Positions 1 to 10,024 of a stretch of DNA of 64,000 nt are shown here, piece by piece. Source of the stretch: Verrucomicrobiota bacterium (lineage in GTDB: Bacteria > Verrucomicrobiota > Verrucomicrobiia > Opitutales > Coraliomargaritaceae); contig JBCBZJ010000009.1 of assembly GCA_039815375.1 (NCBI GenBank), forward strand, positions 1 to 64,000, in the 5' to 3' direction. Under the pieces are notes generated by a model that saw only the letters and a list, made by a program, of their open reading frames with translations, ran no database searches and was not told the DNA's origin. The translations under genes and the position numbers were made by a program. The stretch's first letter is position 1. Each line of letters opens with the position of its first letter.

Positions 1-11
1 GTCGGAGGGTA

Positions 12-123
12 TCTCGGCGCATGGCAGTTGGAGAAAAAGCGGAAGTCCTTGCCGAGACCGAACCTGCTCCGGGGCGCCGAATGGCAGGGACTCGCTACCA
101 TTCAGGGACTTAGAAAACAGGTC
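12..123 (-). ncRNA. Candidate structured cis-regulatory RNA (pseudoknotted, riboswitch-like)
   Basis: Minus-strand pairings 123-114/70-61, 104-95/87-78, pseudoknot 111-106/48-43 and alternative stem 57-51/18-12. Every imperfect pair in the first two stems is G-U on the minus strand and A-C on the plus strand. Confidence 0.45.
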
Positions 124-162
124 TTTGGCTAAGCTGCTCCGCTCGTATGATCGGCGGAAACT

Positions 163-186
163 GTAACAAGAGTTAGAGCTTGTTAC
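163..186. promoter_or_regulatory. 8-bp inverted repeat GTAACAAG-N8-CTTGTTAC (weak terminator or operator)
   Basis: Perfect inverted repeat about 25 nt downstream of the nucleoside hydrolase stop; no long U-tract. Confidence 0.3.
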
Positions 187-210
187 TTTAGATATTGAAT
201 TTGACTAAGA

Positions 211-1188
211 CTAAATATCCAATCCTAGAAGGCGGTGACTTAAGAAGCTTTCGAATGCATCCATATCGATCCAGCTCGTTGCCACTTTGGCGGCATATGG
301 GCCATCCTCATCGATCTTAGTGAAACCTTTGTCATCAACGCTAAAGCGGAGCGTTTCGTAGTTGAGCAGGCTTCCATCGTAGGCCATGTAGACCGCGACA
401 TCGTCGAAGAGCGTCGAGCTTCGCTCAGTGAAAAAATCACAGTGAATCCACGGGACGCGTGGTGCCCAAATGCAGTAGTTCTCGATTACCGCTTGAAGTA
501 GCGGATCATCCATACTGGACCAAATTTTGGCGTAGTTGTCACCCTTCAGACTGAACAGACCACAGGTGTCGAGTGGTGTTAGTGTTATCGAATTCCACGG
601 CGCCTCCATAACTGCGCGAAATGCTTTGGGGTTATCGGCTACATTATACTCGGCGGCCAACTCTTTACTGCCATCGTAGCCAATGCGAAAGCTCCCATAC
701 ATTCCAAATAAGTCGCATTCAACGGCAACTTTTGGATTATCTGAAACTGCCTTAGCTAAGGTCAGAGCTGGGCCGATCGCGATCACGATGACCTTTTCTT
801 CAGTGGCATCCACCAGATCGTAGAAGGCTTTGATTCCATCCTTATGGATCTGTCCTGGATAGTTTTCCAATTCATAGCCTTTCACCCAAGGCCCCTGATG
901 GCGTTCTTTGTCGGGCATCACGCCAAAGTCCAAGCCAAGCCCGACATGAATGTCCGTTCTTTTCGCAGCTTCCAAAAGCTTAGCGGTCACACGTCCACGA
1001 TATTCAGACTCGCCGGTTTCCGTGACAATCAGTTTAAGATCCAGCTCGGGAGAACGAAGGATGTGGGCCACGGCCCATGTGTCGTCAACGTCGCCTCCGA
1101 TGTCAGTGAACAGAACCGTCGGTTTGGCGGCATGCAGAAATGACATTCCAAGGAAACCGACTGCCAGAACTGCTCGGGAGAAATACAT
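211..1188 (-). CDS. Inosine/uridine-preferring nucleoside hydrolase family protein, probably exported
   Basis: TDIGGDVDD Ca-binding motif, AIGP, AEYNV, PLD motifs; N-terminal signal-peptide-like segment. Confidence 0.85.
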   Translation of the reverse strand: MYFSRAVLAVGFLGMSFLHAAKPTVLFTDIGGDVDDTWAVAHILRSPELDLKLIVTETGESEYRGRVTAKLLEAAKRTDIHVGLGLDFGVMPDKERHQGPWVKGYELENYPGQIHKDGIKAFYDLVDATEEKVIVIAIGPALTLAKAVSDNPKVAVECDLFGMYGSFRIGYDGSKELAAEYNVADNPKAFRAVMEAPWNSITLTPLDTCGLFSLKGDNYAKIWSSMDDPLLQAVIENYCIWAPRVPWIHCDFFTERSSTLFDDVAVYMAYDGSLLNYETLRFSVDDKGFTKIDEDGPYAAKVATSWIDMDAFESFLSHRLLGLDI

Positions 1189-1192
1189 AGGT

Positions 1193-2995
1193 TCAAGCAG
1201 GTTCGAAGAGTGGTAGGATTTCCATACCGGGAACAGTGACGAGGCCTTTATCGGTAAGTCGAATTTCGGGAATGACCGAGAGAGGCAAAAGATTGAAGCC
1301 CATGTAGGGAAGGGTGCAGCCGAGTGACTGCCATGCTTCCTTCAGAGCACTGGTTTCCCCTGCGACGACACGTGCGCGCTTGTCTGAAAGTAGTCCGGCG
1401 ATCGGCAGGTCTACTCTGGCCAACACTTTGCCTTCTGAAACCACAACCACAGCTCCTTGGGTCTTATCAATCTCTCCGAGTGCGATTCGCATATCAGCTT
1501 CGTTGCTGCCTGCGATAACGATGTTGTGGGCATCATGACCGACGCTGCTTGCAACAGCACCGTTCTTCAGGCCAAAGTTCTGGAGGAGTCCGTAACCGAT
1601 ACCTCCGTTCTGCCCGTAGCGTTCGACTACGGTCAGGTAGCAGCAATCGTGGGCTCCGAGAGCCTCGTCCCAGGACTTGGGCGCTGCCTCCAGCTCTACT
1701 GTCCGGTGGAGAGTGATGATCCCGGGAAGCTCGGTGCGTAGAATATTGAGCTTTCCAGCTGCAGTCGGCAGGTCGGGCAGTAGCTTTGGTGCTTCCGGCA
1801 GTTTGACGGTCTCGTAGGCTGCCTTTGGATAAGTATAGGATTCCCCGCTCAGGACTTTGTCCAGGGCGGAGGTGATGGTTTTCGATTCGACTGCAAGCTC
1901 ACCCCCATACCAGGTGTTTTGAACTTCCAGTCCATCGTTTAGAAGAACCAAGTCGGCGCGGCGGCCGGGGCCCAGGCCACCGATCTCACCATCCATCGCA
2001 TAGCGTGTCGCACTATGCAGCGATCCTGCGCTCCAGGCTAATTCAGGCTTCAAGCCCGAGTTGACTGCTTGCCGCACGACCCAATCCATACCGAAGAGGA
2101 AGAGATCGTCGGCATCGCGGTCGTCGGTGCAGACACAGACACGTTTGGCTGCAACGCCGTTTTCAATCACCGGTTTGATGGCTTCAGGCAAACTGTGCCA
2201 AGGCGTAGTCGGCGGACCACCACGAAGGAAGATCCAAACCCCAGCCTCAATTAGGTCCTCAGAGATTTCCTTGTCGATGGCCTCATGCGTATCCGTTACG
2301 CCAGCTGCAGCATAGGCGCTGACAAATTCGCGGCCGTAGATATGGCCACAGACAGGTTTTCCGCGTTTCAGAGATTCGGCAATGATTGCATGTGAACGCT
2401 CGTCTGATGTGCAGACTTGAACGAAATCCATCTTCTCGCCGAGAGCCACGGCCTCTGGCCACTTGTCGAAGATGCCGGCGATGCGTTCAGGAGTGAGATC
2501 GCCCCCAGCCGTTTCAAAAGCAGCCGAGGTTGCCGGGACAGTGCTTGGAACCGTCAGAAAGATATTCAACGGAGCGCAGCGGGCGTCCTCCAGCATCCAC
2601 TCAATGCCGTCTACGCCAGAAACGTTCCCTATTTCATGGCTGTCGCAAAAAATGGTGGTTGTGCCATTAAGCAGGGCAGCCTCGGCATAGGCACAGGCCG
2701 TCATCATACTGCTCTCAATATGGATGTGTGGATCAACGAGTCCCGGTGCGATGATGCCGCCGGCTGCATCGTAGTAGTTTGTATCCAGATTTTGACTACG
2801 TGCAGTCCCGGTTGCCTGGATGCAGGCGATGCGCCCGCCAAGTAGCCAAACTTCACGTTCGGGAAGGATGCGTTCGGAATAAGTTGAAAGAAGTCTTGCC
2901 CCTTCAATGACAAGGTCGGGTGTTGCGGTTTGCATGGCAACCCGAGCGAGCTCGCGCGTCATACTGTGAAGAGGATAGACGTTTCCTAGGGGCAT
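1193..2995 (-). CDS. ade: Adenine deaminase (amidohydrolase + adenine deaminase C-terminal domain)
   Basis: [35 protein letters not shown] motifs; 600 aa. Confidence 0.9.
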   Translation of the reverse strand: MPLGNVYPLHSMTRELARVAMQTATPDLVIEGARLLSTYSERILPEREVWLLGGRIACIQATGTARSQNLDTNYYDAAGGIIAPGLVDPHIHIESSMMTACAYAEAALLNGTTTIFCDSHEIGNVSGVDGIEWMLEDARCAPLNIFLTVPSTVPATSAAFETAGGDLTPERIAGIFDKWPEAVALGEKMDFVQVCTSDERSHAIIAESLKRGKPVCGHIYGREFVSAYAAAGVTDTHEAIDKEISEDLIEAGVWIFLRGGPPTTPWHSLPEAIKPVIENGVAAKRVCVCTDDRDADDLFLFGMDWVVRQAVNSGLKPELAWSAGSLHSATRYAMDGEIGGLGPGRRADLVLLNDGLEVQNTWYGGELAVESKTITSALDKVLSGESYTYPKAAYETVKLPEAPKLLPDLPTAAGKLNILRTELPGIITLHRTVELEAAPKSWDEALGAHDCCYLTVVERYGQNGGIGYGLLQNFGLKNGAVASSVGHDAHNIVIAGSNEADMRIALGEIDKTQGAVVVVSEGKVLARVDLPIAGLLSDKRARVVAGETSALKEAWQSLGCTLPYMGFNLLPLSVIPEIRLTDKGLVTVPGMEILPLFEPA

Positions 2996-3057
2996 TCAGA
3001 AAGAAGTTTGAAGGTGAAAGTTTGAAGGGGAGCTTTTGTGCATGAGAATCTTTCGGC

Positions 3058-4104
3058 TTAATCAACCTTAGATGAAGGAATGTTGGCGGAGTATACATCC
3101 CATCCATTTATCAATTCTTCTGCAACGACATTACTTAAGGAGTAGGCCGCTTCAAGGGCGGGCCGCCCACTGGCAGGATATTTTGCATTCAGGCTCCAGG
3201 CGACATCCTTGCCGATAGGCGGGGTTGAGAAATTGCTCGCAGTCCGAAGGACGAGGAGGCGGTCGAAATCGACTTTTCCGGTTTCACTGACACGCTTCAG
3301 CGCGGTCGCCGTTCCCGTGTCTTCCATATTGGTCATAACGAAGTTCCCTGTCCCGCCTGTGTGGAGTTCGACCCAGTCGTTGGCCCATTCATTTAGAGCA
3401 AAGCCGTGCCAGTAAGTGGAAGACGCCAGAGAGTCCCCAATCATCACAAACGGTGGGCGGACGGCGTTGGGGTAGCCGCTATAGATCTTGCTAAACTCCT
3501 TGACCTCTTCGTTCTCCGGAAGTTGGAAATTCTTTGTGAGTTCATAGGCCCACTCGACAAACCCTGCATTGAGCTCGAATTTGATCGTCTCGACCTGCCA
3601 GCCGTTGTCCAGTGTGTTGGGCTCTTTCGCTCCGAGTGCAATAATCCCGTAAGGCCAATCTTCCGGCATTTCGCGTGCGTCGATCTCTTTAGCCAGGTCC
3701 GCATCGACAATCCATTTTGCCCAAGCCGCGCTGCCGAGCGAGGCGTCTTCCGGGTCAGCTCCGGCAATACCAGCCACGATCCAGTAGGCTTGGCTGAGAT
3801 CAAAGCGCTCGTCGACTGCGAGTGCAGTGATTGAGGTCGCGGCGTTGGTCAGCCCGCCGCCGGTGCACATGATAAGGAGGCCGTCTTTGCGCAGATAGTA
3901 GTCACGCCAGCCGAGGGGGGCTTCGATCTTTTCAACCTCGTTCCGTTCGATCCAGAACTGGAATTCTCCCGGGATATCGCCTGTGTCTTCACCGATTTCA
4001 AACATACTGACGAGGACGACTTTGACGGGAGTAGCAGCCTCGAGGCAGTTCGTCAGTCCTGTTAAGGCAAGTGCAGAACAGAGTAGGAAATTACTGGTAG
4101 TCAT
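3058..4104 (-). CDS. Purine nucleoside permease (Nup family), signal peptide
   Basis: MFEIGEDTGD.PGEFQFW, AGIAG.DP, TNMED, LRTASNF motifs; start placed at ATG 4104 (MTTSNFLL). Confidence 0.85.
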   Translation of the reverse strand: MTTSNFLLCSALALTGLTNCLEAATPVKVVLVSMFEIGEDTGDIPGEFQFWIERNEVEKIEAPLGWRDYYLRKDGLLIMCTGGGLTNAATSITALAVDERFDLSQAYWIVAGIAGADPEDASLGSAAWAKWIVDADLAKEIDAREMPEDWPYGIIALGAKEPNTLDNGWQVETIKFELNAGFVEWAYELTKNFQLPENEEVKEFSKIYSGYPNAVRPPFVMIGDSLASSTYWHGFALNEWANDWVELHTGGTGNFVMTNMEDTGTATALKRVSETGKVDFDRLLVLRTASNFSTPPIGKDVAWSLNAKYPASGRPALEAAYSLSNVVAEELINGWDVYSANIPSSKVD

Positions 4105-4115
4105 GCACGAGACAA

Positions 4116-4131
4116 AGCAGAATACCTGCCA
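4116..4131 (-). promoter_or_regulatory. Sigma54 -24/-12 promoter for the nup-ade-hydrolase unit
   Basis: TGGCAGGTATTCTGCT with GG-N10-GC spacing. Confidence 0.65.
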
Positions 4132-4136
4132 CTTAG

Positions 4137-4152
4137 TGGTATGCCAATTGCT
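4137..4152 (+). promoter_or_regulatory. Sigma54 -24/-12 promoter for adenosine deaminase
   Basis: TGGTATGCCAATTGCT, close to consensus TGGCACG-N4-TTGCW. Confidence 0.75.
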
Positions 4153-4163
4153 GACCTTCCAAC

Positions 4164-5702
4164 ATGAAGACCGACGACGAACGACCCCTTCCAAGCAGGC
4201 GATCACTCCTTAAAAGTGGTCTAGCTGCACTCGTGAGTGCTCCCGTGCTGGGAACCGGAGCGATTGCCGCGACAGCTTCCAAACCGCCTTTAGCCAGAGC
4301 CGTATTGCAAGGACCAGCAGTTACGAACCCGGCGAATATGGATTTACTCTTCGAACGCATCAAGCGTGAGGCTTCGGATGAAGAGCTTTACCGGTTTCTC
4401 TATGCGATGCCCAAGGGCGGCGATATTCACCATCACCTTGCCGGTGGTTTTCTACCCGCTATGTGGTATTCCATTGCGAGTGATTCGAAGCGGAACGGTG
4501 GGCAGCGTTTTTACACGCGTTATCGGATTACCGATTACAGGCGGCATCCGCTCCTGAGCCGTCCGGGTGTGAGCAACATATTTCTTTGGATCAACCTGAG
4601 GGAAGACAATGTCGAGAAGCTGGATGCCTCTCTGCGCGTGGATTTCAAACCGCTTGATGAACTAACAGAGGCCGAGCAGGCGGCATGGATGTCAGCCATT
4701 GTTCTGGACCTTCCGCATGAGGGACGAAACGAATTCTTCGAGTATCATTGGTCGCGACTTGGGGATATGAGCACCAGCATCCATGTCATGTCAGAGTTGA
4801 TGGTTGAAAACATGAAGCTCTTCGGTGCCGAAGGTGTGCGTTATCTGGAGGTTCAGCGGGGTGCTTTTCACTACCTTGATGCCAAAGGGAATTCGATTCC
4901 GGTTGAGGAATCGGAGGCTTTCTGGAATGCACGTCTCTCTCAACCCGACGCACTCGCCACGGGAGTCACTGTTCGTTGGCAGGGGATCGTGCTTCGCTTT
5001 GCCGACAATGCGCTCGATATGGTGCGGACCTGGTATGCATTCCTCGATAGCCATAGCAGCAACTGGGCTGGCATTAATATGGCGGGTCGCGAAGATGATA
5101 ATCGCGGTTATCCCAAACGTTTCACGGCCGTTTACGACGAGATGCTCCGAAAGTATCCCGGAATCGGTATTTCGATTCATGCAGGTGAAGCTGAGAAACC
5201 GGATACTCACATTCCTGATACACTACGATTGGGTGCGACCCGTATCGGCCATGGGATCAACCTTATCTGGGATGAGGACACAATGCTTCGTATGCGGGAT
5301 TCGGAGTTTTTGATCGAAATCAATCTGATCAGTAACGAGCTGCTCGGCTACGTTCCCGATTTGGACCAGCACCCTTTCCCGGTTTTCCTGCGCCAGGGGA
5401 TTCCCTGCTGCCTGAATACGGACGACCGCGGTATGTGGGATTCCAATTTCACCGATGAAGTCTACGTTGCAGTCAAGCGGTTCAACCTCTCATGGTCGGA
5501 GTTGCAGAAGACGGCGCGATTGAGCCTGGAGCATTCTTTTGCCGATCCTATCTTGAAGACCTCCCTGCTCAGCGAGTATCAATCAGATCTCGAAGCATTT
5601 TCCGCTCAGTTCAACGATTCAAATTGGAGAGCGATTTGTGCAGCAGTGCCCGCAATCACCCATGCCTACGGTATCGAGAAGTTGGGGCTCAGTCTAGGGT
5701 AG
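4164..5702 (+). CDS. Adenosine deaminase family protein (ADGF/ADA2-like) with Tat signal
   Basis: MPKGGDIHHH, IHAGE, RIGHG, LNTDD motifs; SRRSLLK twin-arginine motif followed by a hydrophobic stretch. Confidence 0.85.
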   Translation: MKTDDERPLPSRRSLLKSGLAALVSAPVLGTGAIAATASKPPLARAVLQGPAVTNPANMDLLFERIKREASDEELYRFLYAMPKGGDIHHHLAGGFLPAMWYSIASDSKRNGGQRFYTRYRITDYRRHPLLSRPGVSNIFLWINLREDNVEKLDASLRVDFKPLDELTEAEQAAWMSAIVLDLPHEGRNEFFEYHWSRLGDMSTSIHVMSELMVENMKLFGAEGVRYLEVQRGAFHYLDAKGNSIPVEESEAFWNARLSQPDALATGVTVRWQGIVLRFADNALDMVRTWYAFLDSHSSNWAGINMAGREDDNRGYPKRFTAVYDEMLRKYPGIGISIHAGEAEKPDTHIPDTLRLGATRIGHGINLIWDEDTMLRMRDSEFLIEINLISNELLGYVPDLDQHPFPVFLRQGIPCCLNTDDRGMWDSNFTDEVYVAVKRFNLSWSELQKTARLSLEHSFADPILKTSLLSEYQSDLEAFSAQFNDSNWRAICAAVPAITHAYGIEKLGLSLG

Positions 5703-5715
5703 GGCTTGAGACCGA

Positions 5716-7029
5716 TCAAGAGAAGGCGTAGAAGGCAACAAAGATCGCGCCAATGACGTAGGTCATCCAGTTGATCTGTTTCGCTCCTCCGGTTGCGACT
5801 TTCATAATGAGGAAGAGGATGATGCCGATCGCCAGCCCATGTGTGATACTGAAGAAAAGAGGAATCGCCAAAGCGGTAAAGATGGCTGTTATCGTCTCAC
5901 AGTAGTCATCGTAGGGAATCTCTTTGAGGCTCTGCCCCATTAATAGACCAACAAAGACCAGCGCCGGAGCTGTGGCAATGGCAGGGACGGAAGCAATTAA
6001 AGGGTAGAGAAAGAGCGAAAGGAGGAAAAGGATGCCGACAACGGTGCTCGTCATGCCGGTCCGGCCACCGGCTTCGATGCCTGCGGCCGATTCAATGAAG
6101 GAGGTTGTCGTTGAGGTTCCGAAGACGGCTCCACCCACCGTAGCAATAGCATCTGCAGTGAGCGCCTTATCCATCTTCGGTAGTTTTCCGTTTGTATCTA
6201 CAAGCTTGGCTCGGCGAGAGACCCCAATGATTGTTCCGATCGAATCAAAGAGATCAAGGATCAGAAGAACGAAGAGCACTTTTAGTGATGAGGGATTCGT
6301 GAACGGAAAAAACCAATCCAACTGTGCGAAGGTTTGACCAAGTCCTGTGGGGATTCCAAACAAACCGTCGGGTTTGTTCGTAAGTGAGTTTCCATCCGCG
6401 TCGCTGATGAATAGACCGATGAACGCGAGGGCGACCATGCTCAGTAAGATCGCACCGGGAACTTTCTTGGCTGAAAGCACGCACATCAGCGCCAGACCTG
6501 CAATTGCCAGCAGTATCGGTGGGCTTACGAAATCGCCGTGAGTGATGATTGTGGCAGGGCTTGCTTCCACGATGCCTGCTGCCTTGAAACCGAGCAGCGC
6601 TATAAAGAAACCAATTCCCGCCTGGATGCCGACCTGCAGCCCTGGCGGGATAGCTTCTGCGAGTTTCTTGCGAAGGCCGGTTATCGAGAGAATAAGAAAG
6701 ATGATTCCATTCCAGAAGGTCAGGCTGAGTGCTGCCTGCCAGGACAGTCCCATACCAAGGACTACGATGAAAGCAAAGTAGGCATTCGTCCCCATACCCG
6801 GAGCAAGGGCGATCGGGTAGTTGGTCATGAACGCCATTAGGAAACAACCAATCGCAGCGGCCAGACCTGTAGCCATGATTACGGCCTGCGTATCCATACC
6901 GGCATTGCCGAGGATGAGTGGGTTAACGACTAGAATATAGGCCATTGCCGCAAAGGTCGTCACCCCCGCCATGATCTCACGGCTAGGCGTCGTTCCGTGC
7001 GCTTCTAACTGAAAGAGCTTGTTGAGCAT
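5716..7029 (-). CDS. NCS2/AzgA-family purine permease
   Basis: [39 protein letters not shown] motifs; many TM segments. Confidence 0.92.
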   Translation of the reverse strand: MLNKLFQLEAHGTTPSREIMAGVTTFAAMAYILVVNPLILGNAGMDTQAVIMATGLAAAIGCFLMAFMTNYPIALAPGMGTNAYFAFIVVLGMGLSWQAALSLTFWNGIIFLILSITGLRKKLAEAIPPGLQVGIQAGIGFFIALLGFKAAGIVEASPATIITHGDFVSPPILLAIAGLALMCVLSAKKVPGAILLSMVALAFIGLFISDADGNSLTNKPDGLFGIPTGLGQTFAQLDWFFPFTNPSSLKVLFVLLILDLFDSIGTIIGVSRRAKLVDTNGKLPKMDKALTADAIATVGGAVFGTSTTTSFIESAAGIEAGGRTGMTSTVVGILFLLSLFLYPLIASVPAIATAPALVFVGLLMGQSLKEIPYDDYCETITAIFTALAIPLFFSITHGLAIGIILFLIMKVATGGAKQINWMTYVIGAIFVAFYAFS

Positions 7030-7030
7030 A

Positions 7031-7960
7031 CTATCTGTCGAAAATCGCCTCGGGGAGGTAACCGGTTACGGTGAAATGTGGGGCATTGACAACCTGACTG
7101 ATCTTGAGATCGAGGACTGCAGAACAGAGCACGAAAGCCTGCTCGGCCGAGTAGTTCATCCGCGTCATCAGGTAGTCGATTGCACGCCGAACTGCACCAC
7201 GGGCATTTTCCATCAAATCCGGCCCGCTTGAAATAAACGCATGGTAGCTTGTGCCCGCATAGGCAGGTGGAACTAAATGTGGTGTCGTCTGGAGATAAGG
7301 CTCACCAACGCTAATTGTATCCGAAATTGAGATACGAAGTTTTACATCCATCGGGGCTTCGAGTCCATTGATCGAGACCTCGCCATCGCCCTGTGCAGCG
7401 TGGCAATCTCCTGAGCAAAGCAGACCACCGTCGACGAGGGAAGGGAGGTAGAGCGTTGCTCCGGCAGTAAGGTGCTTCACGTCCATATTGCCACCGTAGG
7501 GTCCGGGCGGACGGGTCCGAAAAACACCTTCTTCAGCGCGCTGCACACCGATAATCCCGCAGAAAGGATGCAGTGCGAGCGTGACACCGGGCATGCTTTT
7601 GGTAGACGTTTCGTCAAGCTCCCAATGATGCAGATAAAAGTCGTCAAAATCATCCGGAAGAAAGCAGAGCTCCGGGTTGATGCTCGTCCAGGCCCATCCC
7701 TTGTGGATATATTGAAGAATCTCGATCTTCAATGTATCCCCGGCTTTTGCACCATTGATGGAGACTGGCCCGGTCAGCGCGTGAATCTTCTCAAAAGCAA
7801 TATTGGTGAACTCTTCAGCCGACATGCCGGGGCGGACTTGACCGTCGCTGGCATCGTTCATTTCGATCAGAACAGTATCTCCCGATTCGATCTCCAGGCG
7901 TGGAGCAATTGAGTTATCCCACTCGTTGTAAGTGATTGATTTATCGAGGTAGTGTTCCAT
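7031..7960 (-). CDS. Acetamidase/formamidase family protein
   Basis: [24 protein letters not shown] motifs. Confidence 0.9.
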   Translation of the reverse strand: MEHYLDKSITYNEWDNSIAPRLEIESGDTVLIEMNDASDGQVRPGMSAEEFTNIAFEKIHALTGPVSINGAKAGDTLKIEILQYIHKGWAWTSINPELCFLPDDFDDFYLHHWELDETSTKSMPGVTLALHPFCGIIGVQRAEEGVFRTRPPGPYGGNMDVKHLTAGATLYLPSLVDGGLLCSGDCHAAQGDGEVSINGLEAPMDVKLRISISDTISVGEPYLQTTPHLVPPAYAGTSYHAFISSGPDLMENARGAVRRAIDYLMTRMNYSAEQAFVLCSAVLDLKISQVVNAPHFTVTGYLPEAIFDR

Positions 7961-7973
7961 CGCGCATCCGCTA

Positions 7974-9320
7974 CTAGTTCACGAAGTCCTGCAGCGTATT
8001 AATATATTGAGCGATGAATGGCTGGTCGTCGATAACTTGCGCTTCTTTAAGACGGTAAATTGCTTCGGTGTATTTGGTTTGTTTGACCAAAACACGAGCA
8101 CTGCCGAGCAGTGCATCGATCTTCACCGCTTCGACTTTCTCGGCACGACTGTAGTAGTCGAGAGCCTTCTCAAAGTCCTCCGAGGTGTAGTAGTATCTGC
8201 CCAGTGTGAGCAAGGCCCCGCCATTGAGCGGGTCCTTGGCAACCACCTGTGAAAGCAAGCCCATGGCGTCATCCTTCTTGTCGAGCGCAAGCGCATTGCC
8301 GGCTTGTAAAGTAAGGAAGGAAAGCTCGTCGGCTTGAGCCATGCCCGTGCCATATGCCTTTCCGATGGCATCCAGAAAGTTCTTTAATTCAAGCGGGGAA
8401 AGTCGACGGTTGAGAATTTTAGCCAGTTGTAGCGCCTCTTCTGCTTCGACTTCGCCTGTGGCAAGTGCCTTCTCATAGGGCTCGAGTGCCATAACCGGAG
8501 CATTCAGGTTAACATAGATGTCACCCAGAAGGACGAGCATATCGGTTTCCATCGACCCGAGCATTCCTGCGATTGTCAAGTTAGCAGCAGCCTCCGCGTA
8601 TTTCTGTTGCGCGATAAACGCATTGGCCTGCTGAAGCCAAAACTCCGGTTCATCGGGATTTTCCTGAATGTAGCTGTAAATGATGCCTTCAACTTCCTTG
8701 TAGCGGCGAAGGTTTTGCAGTGCCTTGAGCTGACCAAGCCTCCAGTCGCGGCTCTCCGGTTCGAAAACAAGAGCAAAACGATAAGCGTCGAGTGCCGGGC
8801 CATAGTTTTCAGAATTGAGGTGGCAGTATCCGATCAACCCAAAGAGTCCACCGTCGCCTCCGAGAATTTCCAGAGCCTTGGTTAGATGCGGTGTTGCTTC
8901 CGGAAAGTTCTGTTGCTGAATGTGGGCGAGTCCCAGGTTCTTGTAAGCACGGCCGAAATTAGGAAACTTTTTGATCGCTGCTTCGAAGGCGCGAATTGCA
9001 GCGCTGTATTGCTGGTCCTGAAGCAGGAAATTCGCCAGAGCAAAGTCCATTGCAGCGCTCGATTCAGCCGTGAGTGCACCCTGTAGTATGCTGATGGCCG
9101 ACTTGATGTTTGTTCCTGCAACTTCAGAGACGCTGCGGAAAACCTCTGCCTCTTCTCGCGTGATCGAAGGAGACTTCGCACTGTCCACTCCGTAGCTTCC
9201 AAGGAAACGCTCTACAAATTCGGGGTTCGACCAAGTATTTTCCGAGAGCGGATAGGTCTGCGCACTCAAGCTAAGCGCGAATAGTATAGCGGCGATTAAG
9301 GTGCTTAAGATCTTTTTCAT
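7974..9320 (-). CDS. Periplasmic TPR protein of the TonB operon
   Basis: Signal peptide; repeated TPR patterns (AYKNLGLAH, LLTLGRYY). Confidence 0.8.
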   Translation of the reverse strand: MKKILSTLIAAILFALSLSAQTYPLSENTWSNPEFVERFLGSYGVDSAKSPSITREEAEVFRSVSEVAGTNIKSAISILQGALTAESSAAMDFALANFLLQDQQYSAAIRAFEAAIKKFPNFGRAYKNLGLAHIQQQNFPEATPHLTKALEILGGDGGLFGLIGYCHLNSENYGPALDAYRFALVFEPESRDWRLGQLKALQNLRRYKEVEGIIYSYIQENPDEPEFWLQQANAFIAQQKYAEAAANLTIAGMLGSMETDMLVLLGDIYVNLNAPVMALEPYEKALATGEVEAEEALQLAKILNRRLSPLELKNFLDAIGKAYGTGMAQADELSFLTLQAGNALALDKKDDAMGLLSQVVAKDPLNGGALLTLGRYYYTSEDFEKALDYYSRAEKVEAVKIDALLGSARVLVKQTKYTEAIYRLKEAQVIDDQPFIAQYINTLQDFVN

Positions 9321-9331
9321 AATAGCAAATA

Positions 9332-10021
9332 CTAGAAACGGATGGGTTGTTCGACACGTGCTTTAACTTGACGTCCATCCTTGGTTGGCGGTGTGAATTT
9401 CCAGAGATTAATGACTTTTCGAACAGCTTCTTCGAGTTCCCGGTGGCTGGTTTCCTTGAAGCCGAGGATACGCGATACGTTCCCGCTCTCATCCACGATA
9501 AAGGTTACCCGAGTGAAGCCTTTGATACGATCTCGTTTCATTGCGAAGGGCTTTTCAGGTGCCTGGAAATTCAACACACGCAACTTTTCGTCGAGCTCAC
9601 GAACGTCGAAAAACTCTTTCATTTCAGCCATCGCGTCCGGACTAGTTGCAAAACCACCCATGCCGAAGGCACCTGCCATCGCATCGCCGATTCCCGGGTC
9701 GAGAGCGAGATCGAGCTGCGACAGTGAAAGTTGTGGCGGCGGTGGCGGTGGCGGTGGTGGCGGTGGGGGTTCTTCGAGGTCCTCCTCCTCTTCCTCCGGT
9801 GGTTCTGGCGGCGGCGGTGGTGGCGGTGGTGCGATGTCGACACTCACGATGACGCTGTCTTTTTTGCCCAATCCCTCCAGTAGCTGGGTGAAAGGTACTA
9901 GTAGAAAAATACCGAGGGTTAGAATTAAAGATAAAACAGAAATTAGGACAATTGCTTGACCGATTTTAGGTAGGCCGATATCGCCAACCGCAAGAAGTGC
10001 TTCCTGTTCCTGATTAGACAC
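9332..10021 (-). CDS. tonB: TonB energy transducer
   Basis: N-terminal TM helix, Pro/Glu-rich linker, C-terminal FIVDESG...WKFTP..KDG domain. Confidence 0.88.
   Translation of the reverse strand: MSNQEQEALLAVGDIGLPKIGQAIVLISVLSLILTLGIFLLVPFTQLLEGLGKKDSVIVSVDIAPPPPPPPPEPPEEEEEDLEEPPPPPPPPPPPPQLSLSQLDLALDPGIGDAMAGAFGMGGFATSPDAMAEMKEFFDVRELDEKLRVLNFQAPEKPFAMKRDRIKGFTRVTFIVDESGNVSRILGFKETSHRELEEAVRKVINLWKFTPPTKDGRQVKARVEQPIRF
9733..9830 (-). repeat. Low-complexity codon repeats encoding poly-Pro/poly-Glu TonB linker
   Basis: Runs of GGC/GGT on the plus strand encoding P8-EPPEEEEEDLEE-P11. Confidence 0.8.
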
Positions 10022-10024
10022 GGT

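Noticed and set aside
3004..3030. Direct repeat AAGTTTGAAGG x2 between nup and ade
   Set aside because: Only two copies with a 3-nt gap; not CRISPR-like and no function supportable.
9381..9959. Plus-strand 192-aa Gly/Ser-rich ORF
   Set aside because: Antisense shadow of the TonB poly-Pro linker.
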